From Catajapyx aquilonaris (Eukaryota): a stretch of DNA of 52,377 nt. The notes beneath the pieces were generated by a model. It saw only the letters and a program-made list of their open reading frames with translations, did no database searches and was not told where the DNA came from. The stretch is from positions 62,001 to 114,377 of the forward strand of contig JYFJ02000723.1 of NCBI GenBank assembly GCA_000934665.2, read 5' to 3'. Position 1 is the stretch's first letter, and each line of letters starts with the position of its first letter. Made by a program: the position numbers and the translations under genes. Shown here in pieces: positions 49,297 through 52,377 of the stretch.

Positions 49297-51445
49297 ATGG
49301 ATCTCCTAGGCTCCATCCTCAGCGCAATGGACAAGCCGCCCAACACAGGCAACCAGGAGCAAAAGAAGAGTGAGTGACACTCCAGTGCAAGGCAGAGAGA
49401 AATGTGTTTGTTGTTGACTCATTGTTGGAATATATATTATTCTTAAAAAAAAAAAAAATCAGAGGAGAAGGAGGCGATGAAGAAGCGGCAGGAAGAGGAG
49501 AAGAAGAAGCTCAAGCAGTTCAGGGAGACCATTGAGGTCAACGTCACAAAGTTCATTCAGGACGACTCCAGGGACAGGCACAAGTTCCCACCCATGGACA
49601 AGATGCATCGGAGCATCATGTAATCTAAAAACCGCATATAAATATGCAATAATATAAATACATCACATTAATATATAAATTATATAATATATACGGTAAT
49701 ATATGATCAATATTGTTAGCATTAGCAGGATCTTGGCAGGATTCATTGTAGTGCATTGAAATTGGTTTGTCATGCACTTGGTCCTGCAGCACATACTGGT
49801 AAATTAATCAGAAAAGTGGTACTGAAACTCTGCTGAAACACTCTGAAAGACAAGGTGAATTCAATGGCAGCTTCACCTTTTCTGTCCTGCCAAAAAAAGT
49901 TTTCTGGCTGCAATGCAAATAGGCATAACAAAAGTAATCCTGATTCTGCGAAGTGACACTAGCTATTACTGCATAAGAAATTGTGACATTGCATGATTAT
50001 GATATAGTTATTCCACTGGCCAGTGAAGTGGTAGTAACAACAACAATAATAATAGTGTCCGATGGTGTTCCTCCTGAAATTTCAGACATGATGTGGCAGA
50101 AATAGCTGGACTGACAGCCTTCTCCTTTGGAGAAGAGGAAGTTAACCGTCACACTATGATATTCAAAAAGGAGGCAGCTCCTTGCGATGAAGAGCTGGCA
50201 GCCTTGCGGCGTGGTGAGGACTGGAACAAAGCCAAAGCAGAGAAGCTGGCGGCACTCAAAGAGCAAGAGGCAGAAGAAGCCGCAAGACTGGATGTAGAGA
50301 GGAAGGGGGGCCCAGCTAAGCCATCTTCAGACTACAGGGACAAGTACGAGCACCTTATTGGGAAGGATGCTGCCCTGGACGCAGCCAAAAAGACGCAAAC
50401 AAATAAACAATATGGATTTGGTAATCTATTTTCTGCTCTGAATTTTTTGCATGATAACATGACAGCTATCAAAATGCAAATTGTCAGTTAAACTTGTCTG
50501 TTGCTGAATAAAGTGGGCTCTACACAGTCGATCCGACTCCGCCTCTCCGACATCGGACACCCTGTTCGGACAGAGGTGTGCTGTTTGATGTCTGATGTCG
50601 AATGTTTCATGTTCGAAGGTGGGGGGACAAGTTTTCATGGAGGGTGGAGGACAAGTTTGTTTACTAAAAAGAAGGTGAAGGTGGTGTGGCAGGCAACGAG
50701 TTAGACTAGAAGACCCCACTATCCAATCAGAGAGCCGGGATGAGTCGGGCAGTCATTCACACAGTCAATCCGACGTCTTGCCCCTCCCACTCTCCCATCT
50801 CCAACCTGCCCAGGTGACTTGAGCTGGCCTCCCTGGCTCCGACGTCTGATCTGACACGGAATGCCATTTACACTGTAGGTTCGATGGTCGAATCTGACCC
50901 AAGTCGGAGTTGGATCAACTGTGTAGAGCCCACTTAAGGTGACTGATAGTCATACTACCACTGATTCAGCGAGACTGCTAGAGAATAGTCCTGATATCAA
51001 ACAATTTGTTAGTTTGTTGATATTGCCAGAAGTCGAAAGGCCCATACACACAGGCGGTTGACGGTTTTGGTCTTTAGTCACATTGACGCCTCGGACCAAT
51101 CATGACTCATGTAAACAAACTCAACACTTGTGTTCCGCTTGTTGATCAATCCGCGGCGTCAACGCGACCAAAACTGTCGACCGCCTGTGTTGATGGGCCT
51201 TAATTTGCCTGTTGTGATGTCAGTAGTGTACCATTCTCTGGTGAAAGGGACATTACCTTAACATATAATCTAATGTTTTTCGTAGATAAAACAATCATCA
51301 TAACAGTTGTAACAACCTACTTTTTATTACAGTTCCTAGTGAGAACAAACGTGATGTGCGCTCTATTGAACAAACACTTGCTGACATTCGTGCCAAGAAG
51401 AAACAAAAAGTTGATGATGCTTCATCTTCCTCATCCAGTCAATGA
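49297..51445 (+). CDS. SPAG7: Sperm-associated antigen 7 homolog (R3H domain)
   Basis: Exons 49297-49369, 49463-49619, 50086-50420, 51333-51445. [16 protein letters not shown]3H segment [67 protein letters not shown] at 51459 and 51480. Confidence 0.95.
50512..50934. mobile_element. PIF/Harbinger-type MITE in SPAG7 intron 3
   Basis: TIR AGTGGGCTCTACACAGTCGATCCGACTCCG / CGGAGTTGGATCAACTGTGTAGAGCCCACT with TAA duplication (50509-50511, 50935-50937). Confidence 0.88.
51038..51200. mobile_element. Short PIF/Harbinger-type MITE in SPAG7 intron 3
   Basis: Imperfect ~35-bp TIR AGGCCCATACACACAGGCGGTTGACGGTTTTGGTC / GACCAAAACTGTCGACCGCCTGTGTTGATGGGCCT, flanked by GAA and TAA. Confidence 0.75.
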
Positions 51446-51574
51446 CGCCTGCACCATAAATAAACAGTATGCTTATCACAATAAAACTACTAAATTTATT
51501 CATATACTACCCATTTCCGGGTTCAACGTCATTCCATGATTTGAATCCACAATTTATAAGTGTCAACATTAAAT

Positions 51575-52164
51575 TTACCACAGTTTCATTTTTTGACGTG
51601 GGGCTGGTAGACCTGATCTTCGCCTCGTTCTTCCACCTTCCTTTTTCTCTTCCTTTTTCTCCTCCTCCCCCTCCTTCTGCTCCTCCTCCTCATCTTTCTC
51701 AGGACTGTCTTTATTTGTGCTACCACTTTCCTTTGGAGGGCTCAGGTCCACCTCAGTCTCCTCCGGCAGGAAGGGTAATATGACCAGGTCTGCTTTCCTC
51801 TTCCGCTTCCCTCTCGTGGTGACACCCCCTGATTTCTTTGACCCTGCACTTGACCGTGACCGCCGACTGGAGGTTGAACTAGCGTTGGAGGCACTGGAGG
51901 CGTCTGAGTCTGTTCCCTCGTCCCCACTTTGCATCTCTGCTGCAACCGACTGAATTGTCACAGGGTTTTTCGACTGCTTCTTCACCTGGGATCTCGTGGG
52001 CTTTGGCTCCACCTTGGGAGTGGCCAGAGCTAATAGTGAGGTGCGATGTCGGGTCAGTGGAGGGGAGAAGACAAAGGTTGGGGAATATGGGCTGACAGAG
52101 AGGGAGGATGTTGGGGTGGCACCAGTAGTGGTAGCAGGCTCTTCCACAGGTACTGGGTTAGTGG
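51575..52164 (-). CDS. Terminal exon of an unidentified S/T/E/K-rich disordered protein (tentatively ELYS/AHCTF1-like C-terminus)
   Basis: Open frame of about 195 codons after acceptor tttttttaaatcag (AG at 52166-52165), with stop at 51575 and AATAAA on - at 51500-51495. Contains basic NLS-like RGKRKRK, FVFSPPLTR and a C-terminal basic tail. Confidence 0.6.
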
Positions 52165-52377
52165 CTGATTTAAAAAAATAATTTAAAAAAACAACATGGG
52201 GAGGATAAGGTGTAGGGGTGCATGGAGGGAAGCAAAGCATTAGTTATGATGCAGATAAATGACTTTAGACAAAACTACAATTAAGGTGGAAATGAAGCTA
52301 GAGTCACTCAATGAGAATTTTATGAAAAAAACATATGTTACGCAGTTTTGTGTCCTCTTATCAATGGTGCAAAGAAA

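Overview
Eukaryotic genomic DNA, very probably from a non-dipteran arthropod: intron-rich genes, a group-II multidomain chitinase, and mariner, Tigger, piggyBac and Harbinger-type MITEs. Gene order: 5' end of a probable CREB gene (-), ORMDL (+), a 21-22-exon Cht10-type chitinase (-; 4 GH18 and 6 CBM14 domains, first GH18 catalytically degenerate), about 13 kb without a recognisable protein gene but with three tRNA-Val(CAC) genes, then CDK11/PITSLRE (-), TEX10/Ipi1 (-), FBXL4 (+), SPAG7 (+) and the last exon of a low-complexity protein (-; weakly ELYS-like). Exon boundaries were read by eye from splice signals and frame continuity. Most notable: six perfect TGACGTCA CRE palindromes in 1.6 kb of the divergent CREB/ORMDL promoter, with a possible uORF whose stop overlaps the CREB start codons; a ~750 bp fold-back made of two mariner 3' ends inside a CREB intron; long identical nucleotide blocks shared between chitinase GH18 repeats; a Harbinger MITE inserted into the TTAA target duplication of a piggyBac MITE; a GC-AG intron in CDK11. 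No CRISPR, rRNA or prokaryotic features were seen. Gene identities come from remembered family sequences, not database searches.
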